DNA of 64,000 bases. Origin: Rhizomicrobium sp. Lineage in GTDB: Bacteria; Pseudomonadota; Alphaproteobacteria; Micropepsales; Micropepsaceae. The position numbers and the translations under genes were made by a program. The stretch is from the NCBI GenBank assembly GCA_035570795.1, contig DATMKZ010000044.1:282-64281 (forward strand), read 5' to 3'. The notes below the pieces were generated by a model. It searched no databases, was not told the origin of the DNA, and worked only from the letters and a program-made list of their open reading frames with translations. How positions within the stretch are numbered: position 1 is the first letter of the stretch; every line of letters starts with the position of its first letter. Of this stretch, positions 27,188-37,053 are shown one piece after another.

Positions 27188-28036
27188 GTGTACAAGAAGA
27201 CCATCCACGCGACGCATCCGCAGAGCATGCACGGCGCCGACAACCAGGCGCTGCGTGAGCGTTACCTGATGAGCGGCTTGTTCGTGCCGGGCGAGATCGT
27301 CCTCAACTACACGCATTATGAGCGCTTCGTGATCGGCGGTGCCGCGCCGACCGCCGCGCCGCTCAACTTGCCGGTCCAGGTCGCGCCCGAATCCGCCAAG
27401 GGCAAGCCGTTCCTCGAGCGCCGCGAACTCGGCGCCATCAATGTCGGCGAGGGTTCCGGCACGATCACGGTCGACGGCGCCGCCTACGATCTGGGTCCGC
27501 GCGACGGGCTGTATGTGACGATGGGCGCCAAGGAGGTCACGTTCGCCTCGGCCGATGCGGCCAAGCCCGCCAAATACTACCTGACCTCGACGCCGGCGCA
27601 TGCCAGCTTCGAGACCAAGAAGATCTCCATCGAGAAGGCGGTGCCGCTCGAGCGCGGCAGCCTGGCGACTTCCAACGAGCGCACGATCTACCAGTACATC
27701 GTGCCGGCGACCTGCAAATCGGCGCAGCTTCTGCTCGGCCTCACGGTCCTGAAGACCGGCAGCGTCTGGAACACGATGCCGCCGCACCTGCATGACCGCC
27801 GCTCGGAAGTGTATTTCTATTTCGGCCTTAAGCCCGACGAGCGCGTCTTCCACTTCATGGGCGAGCCCGAGAGCACGCGCCATATCGTGATGGCGAACGA
27901 CGAGGCGGTGGTCTCGCCGCCATGGTCGATCCATATGGGCTCGGGCACCAGCAATTACACGTTCATATGGGCGATGGGCGGCGAGAATCTCGACTACACC
28001 GACATGAATGTCCTGGACATCTGCCAGTTGAAATAG
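27188..28036 (+). CDS. kduI: 5-dehydro-4-deoxy-D-glucuronate isomerase
   Basis: [49 protein letters not shown] and WAMGGEN. Confidence 0.95.
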   Translation: MYKKTIHATHPQSMHGADNQALRERYLMSGLFVPGEIVLNYTHYERFVIGGAAPTAAPLNLPVQVAPESAKGKPFLERRELGAINVGEGSGTITVDGAAYDLGPRDGLYVTMGAKEVTFASADAAKPAKYYLTSTPAHASFETKKISIEKAVPLERGSLATSNERTIYQYIVPATCKSAQLLLGLTVLKTGSVWNTMPPHLHDRRSEVYFYFGLKPDERVFHFMGEPESTRHIVMANDEAVVSPPWSIHMGSGTSNYTFIWAMGGENLDYTDMNVLDICQLK

Positions 28037-28044
28037 AGGCGACC

Positions 28045-28800
28045 ATGAGCAATCCGTTCAGTCTTGAAGGCAAGGTCGCGCTGGTCACCGGACCCAATAC
28101 GGGTCTCGGCCAGGGCATGGCGCTGGCGCTGGCGGCGGCGGGCGCCGACATCGCCGGCGCGGGCTTCGTGCCGCCAGTGGAAACCGAAGCCGCCGTGAAA
28201 AAGCTGGGCCGGCGCTTCCTGTCGATCGACGCCAATCTGTCCTCGATCGAGCCGGTGACACGCATCGTCGCCGAAACGGTCAAGGGCCTCGGCGGCATCG
28301 ACATCCTGGTCAACAATGCCGGCCTGATCCGCCGCGCCGATGCCCTCGACTTCTCCGAAAAGGACTGGGACGACGTCATGAACGTCAACATCAAGGCGGC
28401 GTTCTTCATGTCCCAGGCGGCGGGCCGCGAGATGGTCAAGAAGGGCAAAGGCAAGATCATCAACATCGCCTCGATGCTGTCGTTCCAGGGCGGAATCCGC
28501 GTGCCGTCCTATACGGCGAGCAAGAGCGGCATCGCGGGAATCACGCGACTGCTGGCGAATGAGTGGGCCTCGAAGGGGATCAACTCCAACGCCATCGCGC
28601 CGGGCTACATGGCGACCGACAACACGGCGCAGCTGCGCCAGGACGAGGACCGCTCCAAGGAGATCCTCGGCCGCATCCCGGCCGGGCGCTGGGGTGTGCC
28701 GGCCGATCTCGGCGGCACGGTGGTGTTTCTCGCAAGCGCGGCATCGGACTACGTGAACGGCGCGGTCATCCCCGTCGACGGCGGGTGGCTGGCCCGGTAG
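28045..28800 (+). CDS. kduD: 2-dehydro-3-deoxy-D-gluconate 5-dehydrogenase
   Basis: SDR with NNAGLIRRADA, ASMLSFQGGIRVPSYTASKSG and RIPAGRWG; directly follows kduI. Confidence 0.95.
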   Translation: MSNPFSLEGKVALVTGPNTGLGQGMALALAAAGADIAGAGFVPPVETEAAVKKLGRRFLSIDANLSSIEPVTRIVAETVKGLGGIDILVNNAGLIRRADALDFSEKDWDDVMNVNIKAAFFMSQAAGREMVKKGKGKIINIASMLSFQGGIRVPSYTASKSGIAGITRLLANEWASKGINSNAIAPGYMATDNTAQLRQDEDRSKEILGRIPAGRWGVPADLGGTVVFLASAASDYVNGAVIPVDGGWLAR

Positions 28801-28901
28801 CGCTCCCAGTCGCCGTTGCGCGAATGCATCGCCAGTTGGTGAATTTACCGAACCTGCAAACACGATCTTGCCAGCGCATGTTTTTCGGCATTAGTTTCAA
28901 T

Positions 28902-28948
28902 TGCCACCGGTGACAACGCAGAAACAGTCTGCTATGACACCGGTGTCA
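28902..28948. promoter_or_regulatory. Tandem LacI-type operators (copies 4 and 5) upstream of the TonB-dependent receptor
   Basis: TGCCACCGGTGACA at 28902-28915 (12/14) and the perfect palindrome TGACACCGGTGTCA at 28935-28948. Confidence 0.85.
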
Positions 28949-29054
28949 CAACGGCGGGATGCCGACAGGGACGAAACATCGCCCGCGCAAACGCGGGACG
29001 AATTAAAGCGCAGACCGGGCCATAGCGGCCCGCGTCACGCTAGGGGAGGGCGCA

Positions 29055-32000
29055 GTGTACCATTCGCGGATTTCTGGGCGTGCGAAGCTTTGGCTTGGCG
29101 TTTCCGTTGCAACCTTGATCGCCGCCGGCGGCGTCGGCGCGGCCTATGCCGCGGATGCCGACTCGACGTCGATTGAGACCGTCGTCGTCACCGGCTTTAG
29201 GGGCAGCCTCGACCGTGCGCTCGACATGAAGCGCGCCGATCTGGGCTCGTCCGACACGATCCTGGCCGAAGACATCGCCAAATTCCCCGACCTCAACCTT
29301 TCCGAATCGATCCAGCGCGTGCCCGGCGTGGCGCTGTCGCGCGACGAAGGCGAGGGCAGGGAAATCCAGGTTCGCGGCCTGGGTTCGGGCTTCACCCGCG
29401 TGCGCATCAACGGCATGGAAGCCCAGTCGACGGTCGGCAGCGAGGACAGCCAGGGCGGCACCAACCGCACGCGCGCCTTCGACTTCAACACCTTCTCGTC
29501 CGACCTGTTCAGCGCCATCACGGTGAAGAAGACCGCCTCGGCCGACCTCGAAGAAGGCTCGCTCGGCGCCACCGTCGACCTGCACACGCCGGTGCCCTTC
29601 GATCATGACGGCTTCACCCTGGCCCTGTCGACGCAGGCCGGTTACGCCGAGCAGAACGGTGGCTTCAACCCGCGCATGTCGGGCCTGATCTCCGACACCT
29701 TCGACGGCGGCAGGTTCGGCGCCCTGTTCGCCTTCGCCGCCGGCACGCGGAACACCACCGAAGTCGGTTTCGACACGACGCGCTTCGAGGACGACAACAC
29801 GCAGCAGCCGGCGGGCCACGGCCAGCCGCTGATCGCGGGCTGCGTCACCAACAATCCGGGCGCGCAGTTCCAGTGCACCGCGGCGCAGCGCTTCGGCTCG
29901 GTGGTCTATACCGGCTCGAACCTGCCCGGCACGGCGAACACCGCCGGCGTCGGCCAGGGCCAGTTCCGTCCCGGCACCGGCACGCAGGCGCCGCTGGTCG
30001 AGGTCGGCGGCGCGGTCGCCAATGGCGCGACCTTCAACGCGGCGACGCTTCCGAACAACTACGACGTCGTCAATGAATCGTTCGGTCCGCGCTTCCCGCG
30101 CTACGACCTGATCCCGCAGACCGAGGATCGCATCGGCTTCACCACCGCGTTCCAGTGGCAGCCGGACCAGGACACGCTGGTCACGCTCAACGTCGTCGCC
30201 TCCGACTTCGAGGTCGTGCGCCAGGAAGAATACCTGGAAGCCAACTCGTTCAGCCTGAACCAGGTCGCGGCCAACTCGGCGCCGGCCGGCACGCCGGCGC
30301 TGCTCGCGACCACCCTGGGCCGCGGTGCGATCAACATCCTGTCCTACACGCTCAATCCGGCGCAGAACAACTTCGTCGCGGCCACGGCGAGCGATGTCGG
30401 TCTGCGCGCCGAGCATCGCCTCGACCATCTCGACACGCGCTTCGGTCAGGGCACGCTGGAAGCGTCGCACTCGTTCTCCGACACGCTCAAGGTCCATGCC
30501 CTGATCGGCTGGTCGGAATCGCATCACAACAACCCGATCCAGACCACGCTGACGATGGACTACAACTGCACGGCGGCGACGGCGACGGGCGGCAACGTGG
30601 CCAACTGCCCGGGCGGGCAGGCGGGCGGCGCCGGCAGCCTGGCGCAGCCTTTCGGCTACAGCTTCGCGAACAGCAACTACACGCCGGTCCTCAATTTCGG
30701 CAACGTGGATCCGACCTCCACCAATGGCTGGTTCCTGTCGCAGATCCGCGAGCGCGCGGCGGCGGTCTACAACAGCTTCCGCACAGTCACCGGTGACGCG
30801 GAGTGGGATCCCTACACCTGGCTGAAGCTGCAGGCCGGCTTCGACCTGCGCGATTTCGGCAACAACAACGTCATGACGGCGCGCTCCAACGGCGCCAACA
30901 CCACGCTCGACAGCTGGATCCCAACCGCGATCGAGAACACGCCGCTGTCGCAATACACCCAGCTGGTCACGCTGCACGGCCTGAGCACGCCGCCCGGCAC
31001 CGCGACTTCCTACCTGGTGCCCGACATCAACAAGGCGAGTTCGCTGTTCCAGATCTTCAACCAGACCGTCGATCCGGCCGTGCTGTCGTCCAGTGCGGGC
31101 GCCTGCGCGGTCGCGCCGGGCTGCGGCGCGTTCCTCCAGGGCACGTCGTCGTTCGGCTCGTCGAACGGCCAGGTGCATGAGAACGACACAGGCTTCTGGC
31201 TGCAGGCGGGCTGGGACACGCTGTTCTACGGCCACCCCTTCCGCGGCAACATCGGTGGGCGCTATGTGGAGACGAATACCGAATCGATCGGTATCGCCTT
31301 CAACGCCACCACCAAAACCTTCCAGTCGACCGACGTGAAGTCGAGCTATCACGACTTCCTGCCGTCGTTCAACGCGGTGTTCGAGCCGGTGGACGACTTC
31401 CTGATCCGCTTCAACGCATCGCAGGTCATGACGCGTCCGAACCTGACCGCCCTGTTGCCGGGCGTCAGCATTTCGCAGTCGGGCGCCAACCCGATCTCGG
31501 TGACGACCGGCAATCCGAACCTTGCGCCCTACCGCGCCAAGACGGCCGACCTGTCGTTCGAGTGGTACTACGACAAGGGCGCGCTGTTCTCGGTCGGCAT
31601 GTTCTACAAGCATCTCGACAACATCGAGGTCGGCCAGAATCTGTTCGGGCCGTTCGCCACCAACCCGCTGGGCATTCCCTCCAGCGTCCTGCTGTCGTTC
31701 TGCGGCGGCACCTTCACGGCGACCTGCAACGACACCAACACCAACACGACCTACACCACGACGGTGTCGCAGAAGGGCGGACCGCTCTACGGCATGGAGC
31801 TCGACTGGCAGCAGCCCTTCGACTTCCTGCCCAAGCCGTTCGACAATATGGGCGTCCTGGGCAACGTGACCTTCGTGCAGGCGCGGCAGAACTTCATCCT
31901 CGTGCCAGCGACGGCCACGACGGCGGCGATCACCACGCTCAACGATCTCACCGGCCTGTCGCGGACGACCTACAACGCCACGGTGTATTACGACGACACG

Positions 32001-32282
32001 ATCTTCGAAGCGCGTCTGTCGGCGGCGTTCCGCAGCAAATTCCTGGTCTCTGCGGGCCCAACCTCCGGCCTCAGCGCCAACGATTCGCAAGAGCAGGCGT
32101 CGACCTTCAACCTGGACGCATCGACCAGCTACAAGATCGACGATAACTTCTCCGTCAGCTTCCAAGCGATCAACCTGACCAATCAGGGCCTCTATCAATA
32201 CAACGACTCGGTGGGCAAGCGTCCGCTGGTGTACTACCAGACCGGCCGCGAGTTCTTCGCGGGCGTGCGGTACAGTTACTAA
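29055..32282 (+). CDS. TonB-dependent receptor (probably pectin oligomer uptake)
   Basis: Signal peptide, TonB box ETVVVTG, plug FPDLNLSESIQRVPGV..GEGREIQVRGL, and C-terminal GREFFAGVRYSY. Confidence 0.95.
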   Translation: MYHSRISGRAKLWLGVSVATLIAAGGVGAAYAADADSTSIETVVVTGFRGSLDRALDMKRADLGSSDTILAEDIAKFPDLNLSESIQRVPGVALSRDEGEGREIQVRGLGSGFTRVRINGMEAQSTVGSEDSQGGTNRTRAFDFNTFSSDLFSAITVKKTASADLEEGSLGATVDLHTPVPFDHDGFTLALSTQAGYAEQNGGFNPRMSGLISDTFDGGRFGALFAFAAGTRNTTEVGFDTTRFEDDNTQQPAGHGQPLIAGCVTNNPGAQFQCTAAQRFGSVVYTGSNLPGTANTAGVGQGQFRPGTGTQAPLVEVGGAVANGATFNAATLPNNYDVVNESFGPRFPRYDLIPQTEDRIGFTTAFQWQPDQDTLVTLNVVASDFEVVRQEEYLEANSFSLNQVAANSAPAGTPALLATTLGRGAINILSYTLNPAQNNFVAATASDVGLRAEHRLDHLDTRFGQGTLEASHSFSDTLKVHALIGWSESHHNNPIQTTLTMDYNCTAATATGGNVANCPGGQAGGAGSLAQPFGYSFANSNYTPVLNFGNVDPTSTNGWFLSQIRERAAAVYNSFRTVTGDAEWDPYTWLKLQAGFDLRDFGNNNVMTARSNGANTTLDSWIPTAIENTPLSQYTQLVTLHGLSTPPGTATSYLVPDINKASSLFQIFNQTVDPAVLSSSAGACAVAPGCGAFLQGTSSFGSSNGQVHENDTGFWLQAGWDTLFYGHPFRGNIGGRYVETNTESIGIAFNATTKTFQSTDVKSSYHDFLPSFNAVFEPVDDFLIRFNASQVMTRPNLTALLPGVSISQSGANPISVTTGNPNLAPYRAKTADLSFEWYYDKGALFSVGMFYKHLDNIEVGQNLFGPFATNPLGIPSSVLLSFCGGTFTATCNDTNTNTTYTTTVSQKGGPLYGMELDWQQPFDFLPKPFDNMGVLGNVTFVQARQNFILVPATATTAAITTLNDLTGLSRTTYNATVYYDDTIFEARLSAAFRSKFLVSAGPTSGLSANDSQEQASTFNLDASTSYKIDDNFSVSFQAINLTNQGLYQYNDSVGKRPLVYYQTGREFFAGVRYSY

Positions 32283-32305
32283 GCAGTACTCCCCGTGACT
32301 GCTTC

Positions 32306-32336
32306 AGGGCGCCGGTCTTACCGGCGCCCTTTTTTT
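32306..32336 (+). terminator. Rho-independent terminator (possibly bidirectional)
   Basis: AGGGCGCCGGT-CTT-ACCGGCGCCCT followed by a T run. Confidence 0.9.
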
Positions 32337-32337
32337 C

Positions 32338-33138
32338 TCAGGCGCCGGTGCGATCCTTGAAGAAGGCGATGACGCGCCGTTCGGTCTGCCGCGTCATGCC
32401 GTCCGGATCGCCATCGACGAGGTTCAGCGTCAGCACCGAATGTGGCCCGAAGCCGGGTGCCGGCGCCGCGTCCTTGTCTTCCAGCTCGACGGCCTCGAAC
32501 TTGTCGCCGAAGGTGTCCTTGAAGGTCTGGAAGCGCGCCGCGGTGACGAGCGGGTCGCCCTTGAAGCGCAGGCCCATCATCGAAAGACTCTCGTCCTCGA
32601 AGCGGCGCCGCGCGCAGGCGATCTCAGCGGGCGAGACGCCCATCGCCGCCTTGGCCGCGGCGCTGAAGCCCAGCGGCAGCGACGGCTGCGACAGGACCGG
32701 CGCCACGACGGAAGGCTCGGTCATCATGGCGAGCGCGAAATTGCCGGTGAAGCACATGCCGACGGCGCCGACGCCCTTGCCGCCGCATTCGCCATGCGCC
32801 TTGCGGGCCAGCGCCCGGCACCAGTCCACGATCGGGCTCGACTGATCCTTGGACCAGACGTTGAATTCGCGCCGGATACAGATGCCCTTGAACATCTCGC
32901 CGAGCGCGTAGCCCGGACTGACCGGCCGCCCCGGTTGGCCGAACAGGCTGGGCAGGAAGACGGTCATGCCGGCCTCGGCGACGCGGTCGGCGAAGCGCAC
33001 GACCAGGGGATGCAGCCCGGGCATCTCGTGAATCACGATGACGGCGGGACCTTGCCCGCGGCGCCAGACCGGCCTGGTCCAGCGCCCGTCGCTGAAATCG
33101 GAGCGCGCATAATCCTTCAGAACACCCAATTCGGCCAT
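32338..33138 (-). CDS. Dienelactone hydrolase family protein (Cys nucleophile)
   Basis: VIVIHEMPG, GMCFTG nucleophile elbow, HSVLT. Confidence 0.85.
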   Translation of the reverse strand: MAELGVLKDYARSDFSDGRWTRPVWRRGQGPAVIVIHEMPGLHPLVVRFADRVAEAGMTVFLPSLFGQPGRPVSPGYALGEMFKGICIRREFNVWSKDQSSPIVDWCRALARKAHGECGGKGVGAVGMCFTGNFALAMMTEPSVVAPVLSQPSLPLGFSAAAKAAMGVSPAEIACARRRFEDESLSMMGLRFKGDPLVTAARFQTFKDTFGDKFEAVELEDKDAAPAPGFGPHSVLTLNLVDGDPDGMTRQTERRVIAFFKDRTGA

Positions 33139-33215
33139 TGCCGCCCCTTACGCTGTCGCCGGTCGGCAACCTAACATGCGCTTTGTCCGAAACAGCCAGA
33201 CGGATTTTCTTCACC

Positions 33216-35066
33216 GTGAGCATCGCAGGCACCGACCAGATCTCGCCGCCGCGCCCCAAGGCTTTCCTGCGGGTCGGCGTGACGGGACACAGGCCGGGTC
33301 CCAAGCTGTCGCCGGAGCAGGCCAGCCGCGTGCGGCGCACCGTCGACGCCATCCTGGCCGACATCGCCGGCCTGACGCGGGAGGTGGTGGCGCGCGACGC
33401 CTGGGCGTTCGCCAGCCGCCGCCCGGAGCTCTCGATCGTTTCGGCCCTGGCCGAGGGCGCCGACCGCATCGTCGCGGAAGCCGGCCTCGCCGCCGATTTT
33501 CGCCTGGACGCGATCCTGCCGTTCGCCCGCGCCGACTATCGCGGCGATTTCGAAAGCGAGCCGTCGCGGCTCGCCTATGACGACTTGCTGGCCAAAAGCG
33601 GCGCCGTGTTCGAACTGGACGGCCGGCGCGAGGCGGTGGGACGCGCCTATGAGGCGGCGGGGCTTTTGATGCTGGCCAACGCCGATATCGTCATCGCCAT
33701 CTGGGATCAGATGCCGGCCGACGGCATCGGCGGAACGGCGCTGATCGTCGAGCAGGCGATGGCGGCCGATGTTCCGGTGATCGTGGTCGATCCCACCCGG
33801 CCCGCCGAGCCCTCGATCCTGTGGCGCGCGGATTCGGCGCTGCCGACGGCGCGCGAGGGCATCGAGGCCGTGGCGCGGCGGCCGCTCGCCGGCGCCTTGT
33901 CGCCGGTGATGGAGATCATCGTCGGGCCCCCCAAGGATCCGCACGAGCGCGGCCCGTTACAAGCACTCTTCCGGGAGACCGCGCATCGCTGGAACATCGC
34001 GCTGTCCTATCCCCTGATGCTGTTCCTCCTGGGGGTGCGCCGGCTGCGCTGGTCCGACCTGCACGCCCCGCCCCAGCCGGATGACAGCGGCGTGCGCTGG
34101 CGGCGCTACCTGCAGGGCCATCTCGACGAGGCCTCGCTGCAGCCGGTCGATACCGACACGCTGTATCACGCCTATTCCTTCGTCGATCATCTCTCGACGC
34201 GCTACGCGCAGATCTATCGCAGCGCCTATGTCTTCAACTACATCGCCGGCGCCGCGGCCGTGCTCCTGGCTTCCATCGGGCTGATTTATCCCTCGCCCGA
34301 TCCGATGGCGGCGCTCAATTTCAAGGCGCTGATGGTGGCCATCGAGATCGGCCTCATTTCCTCGATCCTGGTGACGCTGAATCTCGGCACGCGGCGGCAA
34401 TGGCACCGGCGCTGGCTGCAGTATCGGCGCCTGACCGAGACGCTGCGCCATCTGCGCATGCTGTCGCCGACCGGGGCGGCGGCGCGGCTCGACCGGCCGA
34501 GCGACCGGGCGGGGCGCGCCTATGGCTGGGTGAGCTGGTACGCGCGGGCCATCGAGCGGGAGATCCCGGTGCCGAATGTCGCGATGACGCCGGCCTATCT
34601 GGCGGCGGTGCGCGACGCGGTGAGCCAGGCCGAGCTCAAGACACAGGTCGGCTGGAACCGGCACAATGCCGAGGCGATGGAGAAGGCCGGCGAGCGGCTG
34701 CATCTGGCCGGTACGCTGCTGTTCTGGGCGACGCTGGCGATCTGCGTCTCGTTCCTGGCGATCTATTTCCTGGACATAAGGGAAGCGGAGGGCCTGCGCG
34801 AATTGACGGTGTTCCTCACGGCGCTGTTCCCGGCCATCGGCGCCGCCCTCAGCGCCATCCGCTCGCAGGCCGATTTCGAAACGGTCGCCCGGCGCAGCCA
34901 CGAGACGGCCCGCGATCTCGACGAATTGGACCAGGCGCTCGAGCGCGAGCCGCTCGAATTCGCCCGCCTCACGGACCGCATCGAGAAAGCCGTCGACGTG
35001 ATGATGGCCGACAATGCCGAATGGCACGTCATGTTCCGCACCAGGCCGCTTAGCCTGCCGGCCTGA
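33216..35066 (+). CDS. YspA-like SLOG domain fused to two SLATT/DUF4231-type 2-TM modules
   Basis: VGVTGHR, SALAEGAD, AILPF and AIWD..GGTA..PVIVV (SLOG); two hydrophobic helix pairs, followed by WHRRWLQYRRLTETLR and ADFETVARRS respectively. Probable GTG start at 33216; the ORF is open from 33138. Confidence 0.75.
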   Translation: MSIAGTDQISPPRPKAFLRVGVTGHRPGPKLSPEQASRVRRTVDAILADIAGLTREVVARDAWAFASRRPELSIVSALAEGADRIVAEAGLAADFRLDAILPFARADYRGDFESEPSRLAYDDLLAKSGAVFELDGRREAVGRAYEAAGLLMLANADIVIAIWDQMPADGIGGTALIVEQAMAADVPVIVVDPTRPAEPSILWRADSALPTAREGIEAVARRPLAGALSPVMEIIVGPPKDPHERGPLQALFRETAHRWNIALSYPLMLFLLGVRRLRWSDLHAPPQPDDSGVRWRRYLQGHLDEASLQPVDTDTLYHAYSFVDHLSTRYAQIYRSAYVFNYIAGAAAVLLASIGLIYPSPDPMAALNFKALMVAIEIGLISSILVTLNLGTRRQWHRRWLQYRRLTETLRHLRMLSPTGAAARLDRPSDRAGRAYGWVSWYARAIEREIPVPNVAMTPAYLAAVRDAVSQAELKTQVGWNRHNAEAMEKAGERLHLAGTLLFWATLAICVSFLAIYFLDIREAEGLRELTVFLTALFPAIGAALSAIRSQADFETVARRSHETARDLDELDQALEREPLEFARLTDRIEKAVDVMMADNAEWHVMFRTRPLSLPA

Positions 35067-35083
35067 GGGTTAACGCCGTGCGC

Positions 35084-35100
35084 GGTTAAGGCCGGCGTAA
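35084..35100 (-). promoter_or_regulatory. Candidate CtrA-binding site
   Basis: Minus strand TTAC-GCCGGCC-TTAACC versus consensus TTAA-N7-TTAAC; 25 nt upstream of the deacetylase, with an extra GTTAAC at 35069-35074. Confidence 0.45.
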
Positions 35101-35125
35101 GGCTTGCACGCCATGATCGCCAGCC

Positions 35126-36148
35126 ATGAGCCGCTTTGGACAGATCGCGCGGGATTTGAGCCGCTTCATTCCCGCCGAGGCGGTGCGTCCGCTCGGCCGC
35201 CCGTCTGCGGTGTTTTTCCACGGCGTCGAGCACACGACGCTCGATCCGCGGCTGCAGACCAATCACCATGAGGCCGAGGATTTCCTGGCCATCGCGCGCA
35301 ATCTGAAGGCGAATTTCGACGTCCTGCCGCTCGCCGCCCTCGACGACGTCCTCAAACGGCCCGACCGCCATCCCAGGGCGGTGTTCCTGATGTCGGATGA
35401 CGGCTACGCCAACACGTTGAGCGTCGCCGCCGACATGCTGGAGGAATTGGAACTGCCCTGGACGCTGTTCGCCAGCACGCATCACATCGATACGGGCGAG
35501 CGTAATCCGGTGTTCCTGGCGCGCCTGTTCGTCTACCACGCACCGGCCGGACGCTATGCGATTGCGCACCTGCCGCAAGCGCTGGTGCTGGGCAGCGGAC
35601 GCGACGCCATCGCCGACCGCCTCGTCTGGCAGCTGCGCGGCCTCGACATGGTGCGGGCGCAGCAGGCGGTCGATGCGATGATGGCGGCGCTCGAGCCCGC
35701 CCTGCTGCGCAAATTGCTCGCGAAATTCTCCTCGGAACGCTTTCTCGACTGGGACCAGGTGCGCCAATTGGCGCGGCGCGGCGTCGCGATCGGCGCTCAC
35801 GCCCATCACCATTGGCCGATGAACGAACACCAGTCGCCGGCGCTGCTACGCGGCCAGGCGGTGCAGGCCAAGGCGCGTATCGAGCGCGAGGTCGGGCCCT
35901 GTCACTATTTCGCCTATCCATTTGGAAACAAAGGAGATATTTCGCGCGACGCCTGGCACGCGGTGCGCGATGCCGGCTATGATTGCGCCTTCACGACGCT
36001 GTCGGGTTCGCTCGACGCGCAGGCCAATCGCTTCCTGCTGCCGCGCTATGGCATCGAACCGCAGGCGCCGCACCTGACGACGCTGATTTCCATGCTGCGC
36101 GCCGGCAATCCGCGCGTCGCGCGCTGGCAGAAGGAACTGGCGGATTAG
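35126..36148 (+). CDS. Polysaccharide deacetylase (CE4/NodB-like)
   Basis: FLMSDDGY, IGAHAHHH and FAYPFG motifs. Confidence 0.85.
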   Translation: MSRFGQIARDLSRFIPAEAVRPLGRPSAVFFHGVEHTTLDPRLQTNHHEAEDFLAIARNLKANFDVLPLAALDDVLKRPDRHPRAVFLMSDDGYANTLSVAADMLEELELPWTLFASTHHIDTGERNPVFLARLFVYHAPAGRYAIAHLPQALVLGSGRDAIADRLVWQLRGLDMVRAQQAVDAMMAALEPALLRKLLAKFSSERFLDWDQVRQLARRGVAIGAHAHHHWPMNEHQSPALLRGQAVQAKARIEREVGPCHYFAYPFGNKGDISRDAWHAVRDAGYDCAFTTLSGSLDAQANRFLLPRYGIEPQAPHLTTLISMLRAGNPRVARWQKELAD

Positions 36149-36306
36149 CGCCGTCCCGCCGCGGGACATCCATTACCGCGGCGTCATTCCTTTCGCGCCG
36201 TTAAGCACTTCGCCGGCGCGATTCCGTTTCGGATCGGCACACAAGACCGCGCCGCCGCTGGCGCGCCCGATGCATTTCCCCTCGCAGGACAAACCGAGGG
36301 TCGGCT

Positions 36307-37053
36307 GTGAGCCTCCACGATCAATTCGCGCAAGACCTGACCGCCTCGCACCGCGATGCCGACGTGCTGTGGGTCGCGTCGAACGACATCGCCGCCGCCT
36401 TCCGCGTCTCGCCGGACAGCATCTGGCGCGCCCCTGCCAATACCGACAGTCGCCCGAGCCCTCTGCAGCCGCTGTGCAAGCGCGCGCTGGATCTCGCCAT
36501 CGCATTGCCGGCGCTGCTGTTCTGCGCGCCGCTGCTGGCGGTGCTGGCGCTGATCGTCAGGCTCGACTCCGGCGGCCCGGTTCTCTTTCGCCAGACGCGT
36601 CTGGGCCGCGGCGGCAAACCGTTTGCCATCTTCAAGTTCCGCACGATGACGGTGCTGGAGAACGGCGACACCGTCGTCCAGGCCCGGCAGAACGATGGCC
36701 GCGTCACGCGCGCCGGCCGGTGGTTGCGCCGCTCCAGCCTCGACGAGCTGCCGCAGCTCCTGAACGTCATCGCCGGCGACATGTCGCTGGTCGGTCCCAG
36801 GCCCCATGCCCGCGCCCATGACCTGCATTATGCCGAGCGCATCGCCAACTACACGCTGCGCCAGGACGTCAAGCCGGGGATCACCGGCTGGGCCCAGGTC
36901 AACGGCCATCGCGGCGAGACGGCGACGCTGGACGCCATGCGCGCCCGCGTCGATTGCGATATCTGGTATGCCAAGAATGCCCGCTTCACGCTCGATCTGC
37001 AGATCCTGCTGCGCACGCCGCTGGCCGTGCTCGGCGGCAGGAACGCGCACTGA
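36307..37053 (+). CDS. Priming sugar transferase (WcaJ/ExoY/HfsE C-terminal type)
   Basis: KRALDL, FKFRTM, SLDELPQL..GDMSLVGPRP and KPGITGWAQVNG. Confidence 0.92.
   Translation: MSLHDQFAQDLTASHRDADVLWVASNDIAAAFRVSPDSIWRAPANTDSRPSPLQPLCKRALDLAIALPALLFCAPLLAVLALIVRLDSGGPVLFRQTRLGRGGKPFAIFKFRTMTVLENGDTVVQARQNDGRVTRAGRWLRRSSLDELPQLLNVIAGDMSLVGPRPHARAHDLHYAERIANYTLRQDVKPGITGWAQVNGHRGETATLDAMRARVDCDIWYAKNARFTLDLQILLRTPLAVLGGRNAH

Noticed and set aside
30785-30798. AGTCACCGGTGACG palindrome resembling the LacI operator
   Set aside because: Inside the receptor CDS, and only the central 8 bp plus little else match.
29040-32198. 1052-aa minus-strand ORF
   Set aside because: Mirror of the TonB receptor gene.
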